IMG/VR virus record: IMGVR_UViG_3300028591_000074
Coordinates: 96,001 to 160,000 of that record
From: a virus
Lineage: Duplodnaviria > Caudoviricetes
Length of the DNA: 64,000 nt
Reading direction: 5' to 3' (one strand)
In this document: positions 23,001 to 35,907 of the stretch, one piece after another
Layout of the letters: each line of letters begins with the position of its first letter
How positions within the stretch are numbered: position 1 is the first letter of the stretch
Program-made: the position numbers and the translations under genes
The notes under the pieces: generated by a model
What the model was told of the DNA's origin: nothing
The model's input: only the letters and a program-made list of their open reading frames with translations
Databases searched by the model: none

Positions 23001-23072
23001 GGTACAAGCACCATATATTTTATTTAGAAACTTTGCTCCGCCTGTGCACAAAATTGAATTAACCTGAGCCAT
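20019..23072 (-). CDS. Tail fibre / adhesin (~1017 codons) interrupted by one in-frame TAG at 21432-21434
   Basis: ORFs 21432-23072 and 20019-21026 are in the same frame and the intervening sequence is open. Repeats include FLRxDGxW, HTHGNIxNGG, VAVANGGTGATTAANARTNLGLG and YadA-like ASHAEGxxTTAS. Confidence 0.85.
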
Positions 23073-25269
23073 GTATACTTCCTCACTTACCCTCTATCGT
23101 ATCTAAATCATCGGATGATTCAGTATAATTTATTACTTTGTAATCTTCTAAATTTTTGTGTTGTCTATGAATATACCATAGGATAAACAGAAATGCTATG
23201 GAAGTAATTGCAACTAATCCAAGGATTACGCATAAGATTATTTTCATTCATCATTGTCCTCATTAGGATCGAACTTTACAAGTTTTACAGTCCAATCAGC
23301 CGAAGTTGTTTTATTCTTCGGCTCTTCCTCTTTCTCAAGTAATTTCTTGATCTCATCTAATTTTCTGAAAATCTTCTGGTTACTTCTAATTCTATATGCA
23401 GTTGATAGTACAATCCATGTCAGGATTGTAGATGCCATGATAAGTTCTGGTAGTGTCATTTGCATTATTATTCCCCAATATCCTGATTATAGTAATATAA
23501 AAGGTGTTAGTTAACTACGTGCCTATAATGATCTATGTCGTATGAATCATCCTTACATTCAGCTGCATGTTTTGATCTTAGAACACATATTGGGTGTTCA
23601 TTATCTGGTGAAGATATGAATGCGCATGTTTGACATTTCTCTTCATCTGCTGTAATCTGAACAGGCTTCCATTCTTTATTAAGAAATTCTGTTGTCACGT
23701 TATCATCATCAAACCACCCACCTGGATCAAAGAACATGCTATATTCTTCTAACCATTCTAAAAATTTATCTTTATCACCACACTTGATTGCATTGCATAA
23801 GTATTCGTAATTTGTCATAGTCGCCTCCAACATGTATAAAACCATCTTTGGAGATGTATGAAGATTCCGGAATTGGATATCCAAAATACAATGCCCAATT
23901 CTCCATAGTCATGCCATGTTTCAGATTATCCGGTAATTTCACAATCTCTGGTTGATTCGATTTTTCTAAGATACTTTGCCAATTTGTCATTTACTTCCAC
24001 CTCATATACAAACAACTCACTTATGTCAATGCAATCAGTTAATTCATCAACATTCAGTGAGTACCAGTAGTCTTCGTCTATAAACATGCAGCATCAACTT
24101 CTTTCTCGCCTATATAGATAAATAAGGTGATGTTGATGCCTAAATTGTAGTTGTGGTCAAATAGTATCGTGAAAACTGCACTCATCGCAGTCACGGCATT
24201 CGCAGAAATGCTCATTGTAGCATATCATATCTTCTCGGCAATCAAGGAATTCGTCGGCATCCTTGATTCCTATGACATTATGTTCTTCTGAAATATGTAA
24301 TTCCACAGTACCCCTCCATCAAAAGTTACTTTTATTTAATCTACATAGTCAGTACATTATGGACAAATCTGACACATTAACTGGCAATATTGTACTTAAT
24401 GTGTCAGTTTTGGCTAGTTATTAACATCTTTCCACTCTCCATCTTCACACATTTCTGATAGCGCTTTTGGCAGATTGTGGTAATGTTTTGCACACGCCAA
24501 ACCCCAGTCACTACCGCCAAGGAAATATTTACAGTTAAAGCAGATACGTTCTTCACTCATATCTTTGTTATAGAACCCGCAGCTTTTGGCGCTTTCATTT
24601 ACCATGATAGTATTTGTCAGCTCACAGGTTACACAATCCTTTCCATAGAACTTCATTGTTCCTCTGTAATGACTACAATTTTCACACAATTGTTCCATAA
24701 GCTCTCCAATCAAACTATTCTTCTATTCTATTTTTTCGTTTTCTTTCAACTTGTTCTTTTGTTTTAATAATTCTCATATACTTTTTTAATTTCATCTTCT
24801 TTCCATTTTACTTGGTTTTTTAAATGCTCAAGTTCATTTTGTAATCTTTCTAATAAAATCTCTTTATTTTTCTTTGCATCTTTCCGCACATAATAATATT
24901 TACTGAATTGATATCCACCACTATCTAACGCAACATGCCATCTATCTTCTTCATTGTAGTCATAAAAATCAGGTGGACTTACTTTACGAACATCATTCAT
25001 ATCAAATAATAACTTGAATTTATCAAAATTATCGTCTGTTAATTCAATACTAAGACCGCTACCACCAGACCAATATGTGTCATGCATGTAATATTTATTA
25101 TGATCCTCATATGCCGCAATTTTAAAAGTCCAATTGATACAATGATATGGATCGTTTCTTCTCCAAGATTCTATCCAACTGAGTACAGGTTTACACTCAT
25201 ATATTCCGGTCATACAGAGTTTATTTATATTTTCTTTGGATAACATATACACCCCCATCAAACTTTGTT

Positions 25270-25671
25270 CTATAATATTTTATAAACAAGCGCAATCCAA
25301 GTAACTACAATTTGAAGAATATGACAACTTTGATCTACGACTAAGTTAATTGTTTTTTTATTAGCTTTTAAATGATCTATTACTGTATGTAATATCCAAT
25401 TCATAATAAAATATGTTATATAAATTGTGTTAATATAATTGTTCTGTATAATCATTGTTACGGTAATTGGCAGCATAATCATAAATGTCCAACTAAAAGC
25501 GTGCTCTATCAATGCGACGATATAATCATGCTTGTACAACGGATCTGGTGCATTTTCTTTCCACCAATCTTTTTGTTTCATGCTGGCCAATATACCTTGT
25601 AAATAGTAGTCATCTACAATATGTAGAAATATCATAGATAGAAGTATTAAAACATTCATATGTCCCTCCAA
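25270..25671 (-). CDS. DUF3307-like membrane protein
   Basis: LHIVDDYYLQ, LIEH, LHTVIDHLK and DQSCHILQ motifs. Confidence 0.7.
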   Translation of the reverse strand: MEGHMNVLILLSMIFLHIVDDYYLQGILASMKQKDWWKENAPDPLYKHDYIVALIEHAFSWTFMIMLPITVTMIIQNNYINTIYITYFIMNWILHTVIDHLKANKKTINLVVDQSCHILQIVVTWIALVYKIL

Positions 25672-27041
25672 TAAAATATTTTATCCGTATCTTCATCTAT
25701 CCGCTTATAGAATTCCTAGGAGGATGGATAGGGAGACCATGGGTCTTGTTTGCATAGATAGTATTACCAATAGGAACAGGGATAGATTCATGTTTCTCTG
25801 GCGGATATATCGCTACGTTCCATGATCCGTCAGCATCGCAACTAATATCAACATTAGCACCTGCTGCTATAGAATCATTTACTAGCTTTCTAACTTTCTT
25901 CCAAGGGATACTGGATACGGAAGATACGAATGTAGTTGGTACTATTATTGACGGATCAACTAATGTCAATTCTGGCTGATTATCAATAATTTCATGCATC
26001 TTAATATTATCAAATGCATTATTTAGTAAATCTCGTTTAAGATAATCTGCATCAATCAGTTTCATGATTTTCCTCCTTGAATCGTATTAGCCATGTACCA
26101 TAATCGTGTTCGTATTCAATGTAGTCACACTGTTCTGATAATTCTTGAACTGTATATGTATCATTAAATATCACCCGAAATGTATGACTGTTTCTAAGTT
26201 GTGCGAGTCCTACTGCAAATGCAACAGCACCGACTGCTAATATGGGAATACCAATCGTAGAGAGCCAACCATAATCTTTTATAATATCTATTATTAGTAG
26301 CACGAGTCCGATGATAAGTAGAATCAATCCAACTTTCCACACCCAATCGTAGTTAATTTCTTTAATTATTTCCATTCTTCTTCCCCTGTTCTATCATAGA
26401 ATTGTATAATTCTATCGTATCTTTAAGGATCTTAATCGTTTCATCGTAGTATTCCCACTTCTGTTTCTGATACCTGCGTTCTTCCTTAATCAACAGATAG
26501 ACAGGGAAACATAGTAGAAAAATCAATCCAACTATACCTATGACGAGCAATGTAACTAAAATAACTTCATACATTATTATCCGCATTTCCTTTCGCAATC
26601 AATCCATCATTATATCCACTTAAATAAGCCAAGTCATATAACCGATCTGCATAACTTCCCCAGTCATCTGTAGGTGGTTGTAGTTCAGAGATAGCTTTCT
26701 GTTTTTCAAGCCGATTAATTACTTCGTTAAGCGTCTCATGCCAATTAGTATGTGGTCTACCATATCTTGACAACCAGCCTTGTATCTCAATGATGGTCAA
26801 TATGAGTTCGTCATTTGTTGCATTTTCTCTTCTTGGAAACATCATCCGTCCACCTCACATTTCCTGTTTTATCTGTTCGATCATTCGTAAAAATGCTATG
26901 GTGTCAGCTTCACCACCTATCGGTATTCCACGGTTTAGGTTATCATAATTTTCACAGAACTCCGATACATACTCATCACCTAGATTCTTACTAACCCATT
27001 TGACACCTTCTTTTCGTAAATCGTACAAACCTAATTTCTTC

Positions 27042-27794
27042 CTAATCTTCAGCATTACAATTAACACCACCTTTCATAGTTGCACCACAATTCGTACAAT
27101 AATGCAATTCAATTATTCGCTCCGGGAAGTCCGGCTCATGCCATCCACATTCTGAACACATAAAATCATGGGCTTCTGTATTTCCAATAATACCCTTATC
27201 AATCCACTTCCCCGGCTTTCGCTCTGACTCAACAGATGGCATATGTTTCGCATAATCAGCAATAAAATCAAGAGCCATGATAAATCCAGTATTCATTTCT
27301 CCAATATCACTTGTTGCCTTAGCTGTATCCTCACACTTGCCGATGATTGCTCTGCGACTGATACAATCTTCGCACCTCTCCGGCTGTGGTGTGATGGATG
27401 GAGCATTTTTGATATTTGATAATAATGACAATATATGTTCATCACTGTTTACACAGATATTTTCCAACTCCTCGACAATCGACTCTATGTATGCTCTGCT
27501 GATACAATCGCTACACTTCTCTGGCTTGACAGATGATAACTTTTTAACCTCTTGCCATACTTCGTGATATGGTCTTACTGCATCACATTTCTCTGCGAAT
27601 AAGTCAAGCACAGCCTGTCTGCTTATACAATCTTCACAAGGCTCTTGCTCCAATGCCTTTAGATTGTTGCAGATTGCCTTGTTGACTTCTAACAGAAGTT
27701 TGTCCTTATCAGATAGAGGCGCTTCTTCATCATCCTCGCAAACATCGAAGAATTGATATATTGTTTTGTGGATTATATTTAGTATTTCATCCAT
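27042..27794 (-). CDS. Phage protein with three DCISR repeats and C-terminal zinc ribbon
   Basis: CEDCISRQAV, CSDCISRAYI, CEDCISRRAI; CSECG...YCTNCGA. Confidence 0.65.
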   Translation of the reverse strand: MDEILNIIHKTIYQFFDVCEDDEEAPLSDKDKLLLEVNKAICNNLKALEQEPCEDCISRQAVLDLFAEKCDAVRPYHEVWQEVKKLSSVKPEKCSDCISRAYIESIVEELENICVNSDEHILSLLSNIKNAPSITPQPERCEDCISRRAIIGKCEDTAKATSDIGEMNTGFIMALDFIADYAKHMPSVESERKPGKWIDKGIIGNTEAHDFMCSECGWHEPDFPERIIELHYCTNCGATMKGGVNCNAED

Positions 27795-29211
27795 GACTTA
27801 TTCCTCGCTTCCTGCCTTGTACTTGTTGATAATCTCAATAATGTCTGATATATCACCTACTGACCGATACTCTGATATATCATTTTCCTCATAATCATAA
27901 TCCTCAAACCAATCGCAGATACTACAATTTCCAAACTTCTCTATTATCTCGGCGCTTATCTTGTCAAGCACATCTTTAGACTCAAGTGCTTTGATTGCCA
28001 TATCAAGTGCATTTAACGTGCTAACATCCCATCCATGTTCTCCTCGGTGCAGTATAATGAAATCTTTTAATTGATTTATTGCTTCTTCTCTTGTCATTCA
28101 CTATCCCTTCCTTCTGACTTCAATTCATCACACCACGATAAAAACGCCCTTCTTAACGGATTCAAGTTTCCATCATCTGCCCAACCTGCAAATCCGATAA
28201 ACCCATCTGTGTTAAACGAAATAGCTTCTCTTCTTGTGAAATAATGGGAATTAAGGTACAGATAACAATTCAAAATTGTTCCGTTCGTATTCTTCCTCAT
28301 ATCAATCTTCTTACTTAAAGACATTGTATTTACAGATGTTTCGCCAACCTTGTTTGACTTCTTTAATTCCCTGTTAATCATCAATACAAGTGACAGGATA
28401 TCACCCTCAGTAATATCGTTATATGTTAAACCACACCTTTTGAAATAGTCTCGTGCTTCGTCATTGGTACATACTGGATCAAAACCCCTTGTCATTCCTT
28501 ATCCTCGCTTTCCGGAAATTCAACCTTGCACCCTTGCTTTTCCAATAATTCCAACTTGGCAAGTGCTAAACTGATAGATGTTGCCGTTCCGTATGGTAGG
28601 TTTTTCTGGATCATGGAAAAGTCCTCTTGTGCTATTTCTGACATATTGTCATTCCAATCAAATGGCTTTGATACTATCTCAGTCATGTCTTATCCTCACT
28701 TTTCTTCGTAATTTAATAAGCACTTATTTATTGCCCCTATCAATTCAATTCCTTTTATTGTATATCGTTTTCCTTCAACTTCCAATTCAACCATTGTATC
28801 TGAATAACACCACGCATTGTGTACTTTGATTTTTGGTTGTGCTGGATTAGAATAATCATTTACTTCACAAGTTACATTCATCAGCGTTATCCTCACTTTC
28901 ATAGGTAAGTTTTATGACATATCCTACATGTGTTTCACTGTAAACCAATTCATCATCGGATCTAAGCAAAGTTTCTATTGCTTTTTCAATTTTAGGACTT
29001 GTGCAATAGTGCCGAACTGTATGTGTTTTACTATCTTCGATATAGATTCCCATTTTATTCCTCGCTCCTGTTTATTCATACTTCATCTGCCACGTATCGG
29101 GTTCATTCATCCCATCATCCTCATGCTTTACAATAGGTTTCCACTTTGATATAAAATCTGAATATGCCTGTTTTGTATTCTCTTTAGGCAGCTCGACACA
29201 CATCCTTTGTG

Positions 29212-31410
29212 CTAAATACTTGGCATATTTAACTTGTCTTTCTGTTGGATGCATACTTCCTCACTTTCTGTCTTATCTGCTTCTATGATTGTGTCAGCAC
29301 ATTCTATTTGTGTAATCCCTATAGCAGTAAATACATTATGCTCATCGTCATCATAATACACAGAATCTATTCGACAATCGGGTACTAATTTGTCTGCGTC
29401 AATCAATCTTCCATGACCTTTAGGTAGTGGTGTGCCGAATGCTATACAAGACTCTGGTATAGAACCTCTTCTTTTTTGCCATATTCTTTTATAATGCTGA
29501 TATATTTCCTCGGGTATTTTAATAACCAACTCTATATTTGCCATAATTTACAATTCTATTCCTCCTTTATCTGCTTCTATAATTGCCGGAACTTCTGGCA
29601 AATTATGTCGTTTAACACATTTCTCTCTATTACAATCTTCACAATTTCCCCAAGTACAAGTTTCATATTCTTCACACTGCAAAATACATAATAAGTAGTT
29701 TTCATCAATCAATCTGCCGTGACCTTTTGGGAGGGGTATGCCTTGAGTAACACTTCCACAAATAAACATAGATTGAATCTCATTAAGCATCCCATCTTTT
29801 GCGATATTAAATAACTTTTCCGGTATATCAATTACTATGTGCATCTTCCTCTCCCCTCTTGTATGGTGTGTTCCACCAATCCTTTGGATAACAAGTGCTA
29901 TCGTGTTCATCAATAATTACATCGACATATGGATAATCTTTATTATCTCGATTGTCATATATCGTTAAATCAGAAAACATTGCTTTAAATATATCTCCGT
30001 TAGTTGCATCTCTTGGGAATGATGTACCGTTCTTAATCCCTTGCACTACATTCTCAACATCTGGTGGCAACATACATCCGTTACAAGTTGCTTTATAAGT
30101 TTCTTCCGGTATGTCAATTACAATCTGCATCCTGCACCTCGCTTTCTGTTTATGATTTTACTTCACATAAGTATCATATCTTTGCATAGTAATTCTTCGT
30201 ATTTAAAGTATTTATTTTCAGTAAATTTACCGTAAATATTATCCCATTTCCAATAAGTGAGTATTCCGCTTTTACATATTTTAATTACATTATAGGCTAT
30301 TCCTGCTGATTGGTCATAAATCACGTCTTTTTCTTTTATTTGTGACAATTCCTTTGTACTCATCCCTTATCACTCGCTTTCTGTATCTTCTTCTATGATT
30401 TTTACTGTGGCATTAGATAAACCAACTTCACTTATCCATTTTTGACAAGACCAATCTAAATTTATTTGATTTTCCTTTAACTTATCTTCGGACAATATTA
30501 TCAATCTCCCATGCCAATTTTGAAGTGGTGTACCATTTCTTATGACTGAATATGTTCTTGATGTAAGACTATTAAATACATCAGGAATGTCTTGTATTCG
30601 CTTATAATCTTCTTCGTCTATATCAATTACTATCCGCATACTTCTACACCCCATTATTTTGTAAAAACAAACCTGCACTTTGGAGTTCTGCAAACAATTT
30701 TGATGGCTGCGCATAGTAATCTGTTCCAAAATCCCCATTAGGACAATAAACACAGGATTGATAGGTCTTTACGCCTATTGGTGGCATATTCCTATATGAT
30801 TCGCTTTCCAATTCCGCCCCACATATCGGACATTTCATTGATCTACTTCCTCACTTTCTGTATCTGCTTCTATAATTGTTGTAAATTCATCGAGGCTTTC
30901 AACATTGTGGCCATTACACTCTAATTCTCTAAATGCTGTTATCTCATTTGTATCAATCAATCTTCCGTGTCCTTTTGGAAGTGGTGTGCCAACACTAATT
31001 ACTTCATGTAAAAATGGTATATGCTCAAAAGTGTTGACTTTTGTTCTAACCTCTTCTTTTATATCAATATACATTTCTTCCGGTATATCAATTATCATCT
31101 GCATTTATTTCTCACCGCCCTCTTCTGCTTCTATGATTGCTGGTAAATCATTAAGATAGTCAAGACTAATTGCTTCTATGTATTGTCCATCTATTGTTAG
31201 ATATATTATAGGGTTATCCTGTTCCATCCTATCTTCATCTATCTTACTGATGTCTACTAATCTGCCGTGACATTTTGGCAGTGGTGTGCCATTATAGATT
31301 GCTCTGTGAATAGTTGGGTCCATTCCGACAACACCGCACCTTTTGGATGCTTCTATTCCTTCACATATGGACTTATACTTCCATTCCGGTATATCAATTA
31401 CCAATCTCAT
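29212..31410 (-). repeat. Tandem family of six paralogous ORFs (IVIDIPE...GTPLPKGHGRLID)
   Basis: ORFs at 29212, 29548, 29828, 30370, 30835 and 31105 share N-terminal and central motifs. Confidence 0.8.
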
Positions 31411-32488
31411 TCCCGTTCTCCCCTATAAATATACTTGCTTCAACTATATCGCCATATGTAGTAAAATGAATCATCGGTTTAATCTGATTCAACATTGTAT
31501 GTTCAAGATCGGCCTTACAGTATTCGATAGCTTCATCCCTTGGGCAAAAATCAAGTACATCATGTATATTCCGTTTGCATCTAAACTCTTGAAAGTGCAT
31601 AGTTGTATGAACAGCATTCCGGATCTGAGAATTGTAAGCATCATACAGTTGTTTCATTCTCTCTGAATTAGTTATGATATTATACATGAATTCATTTGCA
31701 CGTTTTAACTTCTTTAGTTTCTGCCGGTTATTCATGAAAATCCTCCTCCCCTCCAGCAAACATACAAAATAGATTATCACTTACTATATCCAATGACTCC
31801 ATATTCATATTGGATAGTATACTGAACCAATGTCTATTACAATTTGCCTTACTGCTATTACATGTTGTCTCACATGGATATGGACAGGATTCACAAGGCA
31901 TAACTGCTGTTATAGAATCTATTATCTTTGCCATATCGGTTCTCATCGCATCTCCCAAAGATCCATATTCTTTACTACGTCAACTATCTTCATTTCATAC
32001 TGTTGAACTGTAAGAGTTCGTTAGTATTACACAATTCATTCTTTAAGATTTTAATTACTTTCTTCTTTCTCATTTAGGATCTCCTTAACCAATATGTACT
32101 CTATGTAACCATATCTTAAGGTGCTGCCGTGTATGGTTGGAGGTACATATTCGGAAGCGCGTAAAAATTCGTATCCAGAATCAAATGCTTCTTGTAACTC
32201 CATTGTTTTAACTCCACCCTCACCATATGACCTAACTACTTTATATTGTCTCATACTATTCTTCATCCTCTAAATCAATAAGTTGTCCTGTATTTATCAC
32301 ATAACCAGTTTCACCGCATTTACAATGTAGATCTTTTAACCATGTTCCGCTTGGATATACTGCTATCCATCGTTTCAAGCATTTTAGACAGATTACTTCT
32401 GACACTTCATGTGGCAAATTACTTTCGAATTCTACAATGTCACCCATAATGAAATTAACTCCGTTCTGAAATATCCGGTGTATTGGTT

Positions 32489-32660
32489 CCGTTACCAAAA
32501 ACTTACAAAAGATTATAAATTTCTAAAAATCTTTATGTTTTGTTCCTGTTTCATTGAATCCGATTTTGCCAAAGCTACTTTCGTTTGATATAACTCTCCA
32601 CAGGCTTAACTTCCCGATTAACGCTCGGTAGGATATGATTATCAGCATTTAATTATACTA
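32489..32660 (-). ncRNA. Putative TnpB omegaRNA scaffold (IS right end)
   Basis: Non-coding stretch between the tnpB stop and the right end, which is the established omegaRNA location. Confidence 0.6.
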
Positions 32661-33915
32661 AATGAAGTTCACCATAAGATTTTAGGTTCTTCGCAGCATT
32701 TACATCCCTATCTTCTGAATATCCGCAATCACATCTGAATATTCTGTCAGATAATTTTAAATCTTTTTTAATCGTTCCACAGCAATTACATGTTTTTGAA
32801 GATGGATACCATCTATTTGCAACTATTAGCGGAATATTATACTTATCTGAGTTATACTCAAGAAGTCTTCTGAAGTCATAAAATCCTTGATTCTGAACAG
32901 ATTTAGACAAATGTTTATTTTTCATCATACCGGATATGTTCAAATCTTCTATACATATAAACCTTGGTTTTCGGTTTATAATATCACTAACAATATGACT
33001 TCGTTGATTTCTACGGATATTGCGTAATCGTTTATTAAGTTTCAATAAAGACTTTTCAGACTTTATAATATTATTAGTCTTTTGGTAACTTCCTCCTTTC
33101 CTATTACTTACATATTTTCTCGATATAGATTTCTGTAATCTACGTTTACGTTTCTCTAATCTACGGATTTTAGAAGATTTGTTTATATTAGCATACTTCG
33201 TAGAATCACTTAATATAGCAAAATCTTTAATTCCTACATCAAGTCCTATACCATCAGATTCTGGCACATATTTCGTAACATCCGTACTATCCTCAACAAC
33301 GACAGATACCCACCAATGCAATCCATCGAAAGTTATTCTAGGATTCATATAAGATGCCAATATCGGAATCCTACCAACTTCCGCAAGTCGAACATTACAC
33401 TTCACATTCCGTCTTGAACGATTTCCAGAATCACATAATTTTTCTATACGAACAGTTGAATCTGTAAATTGGATCTTAAAATTATCTTGGAAGAAACCAC
33501 AATCTGTATGATTCTTCCGGCTTTTATATTTCGGATGTCCTTGCTTATCATATTCAGTAAGTTGTTTACCAATTCGTTTCGCATGTTCAATCTGCTTTTT
33601 CGTATATGGTTTATAATTTTCAGATTTTCGTAGATTGAAGTATCTAATATATGATTTTACAAGATCCTTTATTGCTTGTTTTGTAACATTATTAGATATC
33701 GACTGCAGCCAAGAATATTCTTCTGAATTTCTCAGTTTTGTAAACTCCTTACGTAGTACACTGTCTGAAATAAACCAATTTCCTGAATTAAGACTTTCCA
33801 TTTCCTTGTGTAAAGCCCAATTATAAGCGAACCTTGATGCACCAGCAAATTGGAATAATCTGGATTTCTGCCAGTTATTCGGAAGCAACATCACTTTGAT
33901 CGCTTTGTACTTCAT
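32653..33915 (-). CDS. tnpB: TnpB RNA-guided nuclease, catalytic triad intact
   Basis: RuvC-I GLDVG, RuvC-II IEDL, zinc finger SSKTCNCCG...CDCG, RuvC-III DRDVNAAKNL. Confidence 0.95.
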   Translation of the reverse strand: MKYKAIKVMLLPNNWQKSRLFQFAGASRFAYNWALHKEMESLNSGNWFISDSVLRKEFTKLRNSEEYSWLQSISNNVTKQAIKDLVKSYIRYFNLRKSENYKPYTKKQIEHAKRIGKQLTEYDKQGHPKYKSRKNHTDCGFFQDNFKIQFTDSTVRIEKLCDSGNRSRRNVKCNVRLAEVGRIPILASYMNPRITFDGLHWWVSVVVEDSTDVTKYVPESDGIGLDVGIKDFAILSDSTKYANINKSSKIRRLEKRKRRLQKSISRKYVSNRKGGSYQKTNNIIKSEKSLLKLNKRLRNIRRNQRSHIVSDIINRKPRFICIEDLNISGMMKNKHLSKSVQNQGFYDFRRLLEYNSDKYNIPLIVANRWYPSSKTCNCCGTIKKDLKLSDRIFRCDCGYSEDRDVNAAKNLKSYGELHLV

Positions 33916-34519
33916 CTTCTGTCAACTCCTTTATCATCTTGCGGGTTTTGTTTGCCAGCTTACCTCGAAGTTTGCAACTAAATGCAGTTATAATTTGAAC
34001 TAAATCTTCTACAAGCTCTTGTTGCTCTGTCTTCTCCGTAGTATCTACTACCTCAATATCACAACCATGTAAACTTGCAACATATTCAATAAGTTCAAAC
34101 CCAAATCGAAGTAATCTGTCTTTATATAATACAACTACCTTAGATACTTGGTTCATAGTTATCTGTCGAATAAGTTCTTGCAATCCCTTCTTATTGTAAT
34201 TTATACCAGATCCTATATCTGATATAATTTCAAACGGATGACCTTGTGCAGTAAGATACATAGTCATATTTTCTATCTGCCTGTCTAAATCATCTTTCTG
34301 CTTTGCACTGCTTACACGACAATAACCAATGACATGTTTCTGAATATTGTTTGTACGAATCCCAATCACTTGATTTATCTGATCTTGAGAATAATACCGA
34401 AATCCAGATTCAGCAACATGATGGGGTTTCAATTTGTCTTTCTTATCCCAATCTCTAAGTGTCTGAACAGTTACACCAATAAGTTTAGCTGCATCTCCTA
34501 TCGCATAATATTTAGCCAT
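33875..34519 (-). CDS. tnpA: IS607 TnpA serine recombinase with MerR-like HTH
   Basis: AAKLIGVTVQTLRDWD, GYCRVSSAKQKDDLDRQ, DIGSGIN, YKDRLLRFGFEL. Confidence 0.95.
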   Translation of the reverse strand: MAKYYAIGDAAKLIGVTVQTLRDWDKKDKLKPHHVAESGFRYYSQDQINQVIGIRTNNIQKHVIGYCRVSSAKQKDDLDRQIENMTMYLTAQGHPFEIISDIGSGINYNKKGLQELIRQITMNQVSKVVVLYKDRLLRFGFELIEYVASLHGCDIEVVDTTEKTEQQELVEDLVQIITAFSCKLRGKLANKTRKMIKELTEDEVQSDQSDVASE

Positions 34520-34555
34520 AGTATATTGTACCTACTTTCTAATCAAGATATGTAT

Positions 34556-34585
34556 ATTATACAACAGGATATATAAATTTGTCAA
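34556..34585 (-). promoter_or_regulatory. Sigma70-type promoter for tnpA
   Basis: TTGACA-18 nt-TATAAT on the minus strand. Confidence 0.7.
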
Positions 34586-35880
34586 CAGAAATCATTACAT
34601 ATTTATAGAATTATCACATCAGCTTAGACCCTTCCATAATCGATCCGCACCATCTGCAAAACCTATATTTAACAATTTCGTCTGCATCCGGTGTATATCG
34701 CTCATAGACTGGACTGCACCCACACTCCGAACATTCATATTCGCCAATGTGTGTATTCCATACCCATTTTCCAGAATTTCGTTCTGGTTCTACAGACGGT
34801 AAGGCTTTCAAATCATCTACATTTATTTCTGCTACAGTGTGTTCGTTTCTTGCATCACTGGAAATAGATATTTCCTGTGTTTCGTTATAAAGCAAGTTAA
34901 TTACTGATTCTCGATTTATCAAATCACCCATACTATTCACCTATATAATCTTTCCTACTACTCCATTCAAAATTTCTACAACAATGAAAATATTGACGTT
35001 TATTGTCACACCACTTAGATTCAGGATTTACACAATTCGAAGTCCATCCGAAACCGTAACCATCCCAGTATTGACAATTTGCGCAACGTCTATTTGATTT
35101 CTTTGTTTTATTTATTGGTCTATGGTTCATGTAATTTTCTCACTTTCGAATCACAGTTAAGACAATCCCAAGGTGGGTATTTTTTCTCATTCCTAAATAG
35201 GTAACTTGTCTATGACACACAGTACATTCAAACAAATATATGCAATCATTATATTCAATTGGAATCGGTGTCACTTTCTTCCACAGATTCATTTAATGCC
35301 TCCAACATCTCTACTACCTGTTCAAAGTATCTGCCAGTCGGTTTTACAGAATCTGGCGAAACTCTCAATAAAGAACCGCCAGTAGCATTTAGTAGCCACA
35401 ATGTATCACCACTGCCATCATTAGATCGTTTTGTTATAATGTATGGTTCGCCATAGTAAATTACTTCAGAGCCAACTTTAATCGAATCCTTTAATTCCTC
35501 ATATGCAGTTATTTTTGATACGACTTCATCATACGTATTATGTGTTATTATCCCAATACCTTTCGAAGTATTTAAATCCAAACATCCGAAACAACTTTCA
35601 CGTTCATTCGGTAACATATGGAATACTTTTCTTACCAATTCCCAAGCATCATTGATACCACGATGATATTGAATTTTACAATCACCTGTATATTCTGCGA
35701 AATTTTTATTCCATTTAAGTGCATCAGATCTACCATTTTCATATCCTGAATTATACATTAATTCAGAAATTTCATTTACTTTATCTTTAAGTTCAAAATA
35801 TCTCATCATTTACACCAAACCTTTCACAGAAATTATTACAATATCAATCTCTAAGTATTTTAACGATTTTTGGATTCAAA

Positions 35881-35907
35881 AAGTGCAGAACATCCTAGTC
35901 TGCACTT
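35881..35907 (-). terminator. Intrinsic terminator
   Basis: aagtgcaga...tctgcactt inverted repeat, followed by an AATCGTTA motif. Confidence 0.65.

Larger units (their letters stand above)
23244..32498 (-). other. Accessory region of ~30 small co-oriented hypothetical ORFs
   Basis: Dense overlapping stop/start ORFs of 60-250 aa, many with CxxC motifs. Confidence 0.6.
32489..34631 (-). mobile_element. IS607-family insertion sequence (tnpA + tnpB)
   Basis: Serine recombinase plus overlapping TnpB; right end ...GTAAGTTTTTGGTAACGG; GG at both inferred junctions. Confidence 0.85.

Noticed and set aside
20019-23072. Diversity-generating retroelement acting on the tail fibre
   Set aside because: No reverse transcriptase or adenine-variant template/variable repeat pair noticed in the window.
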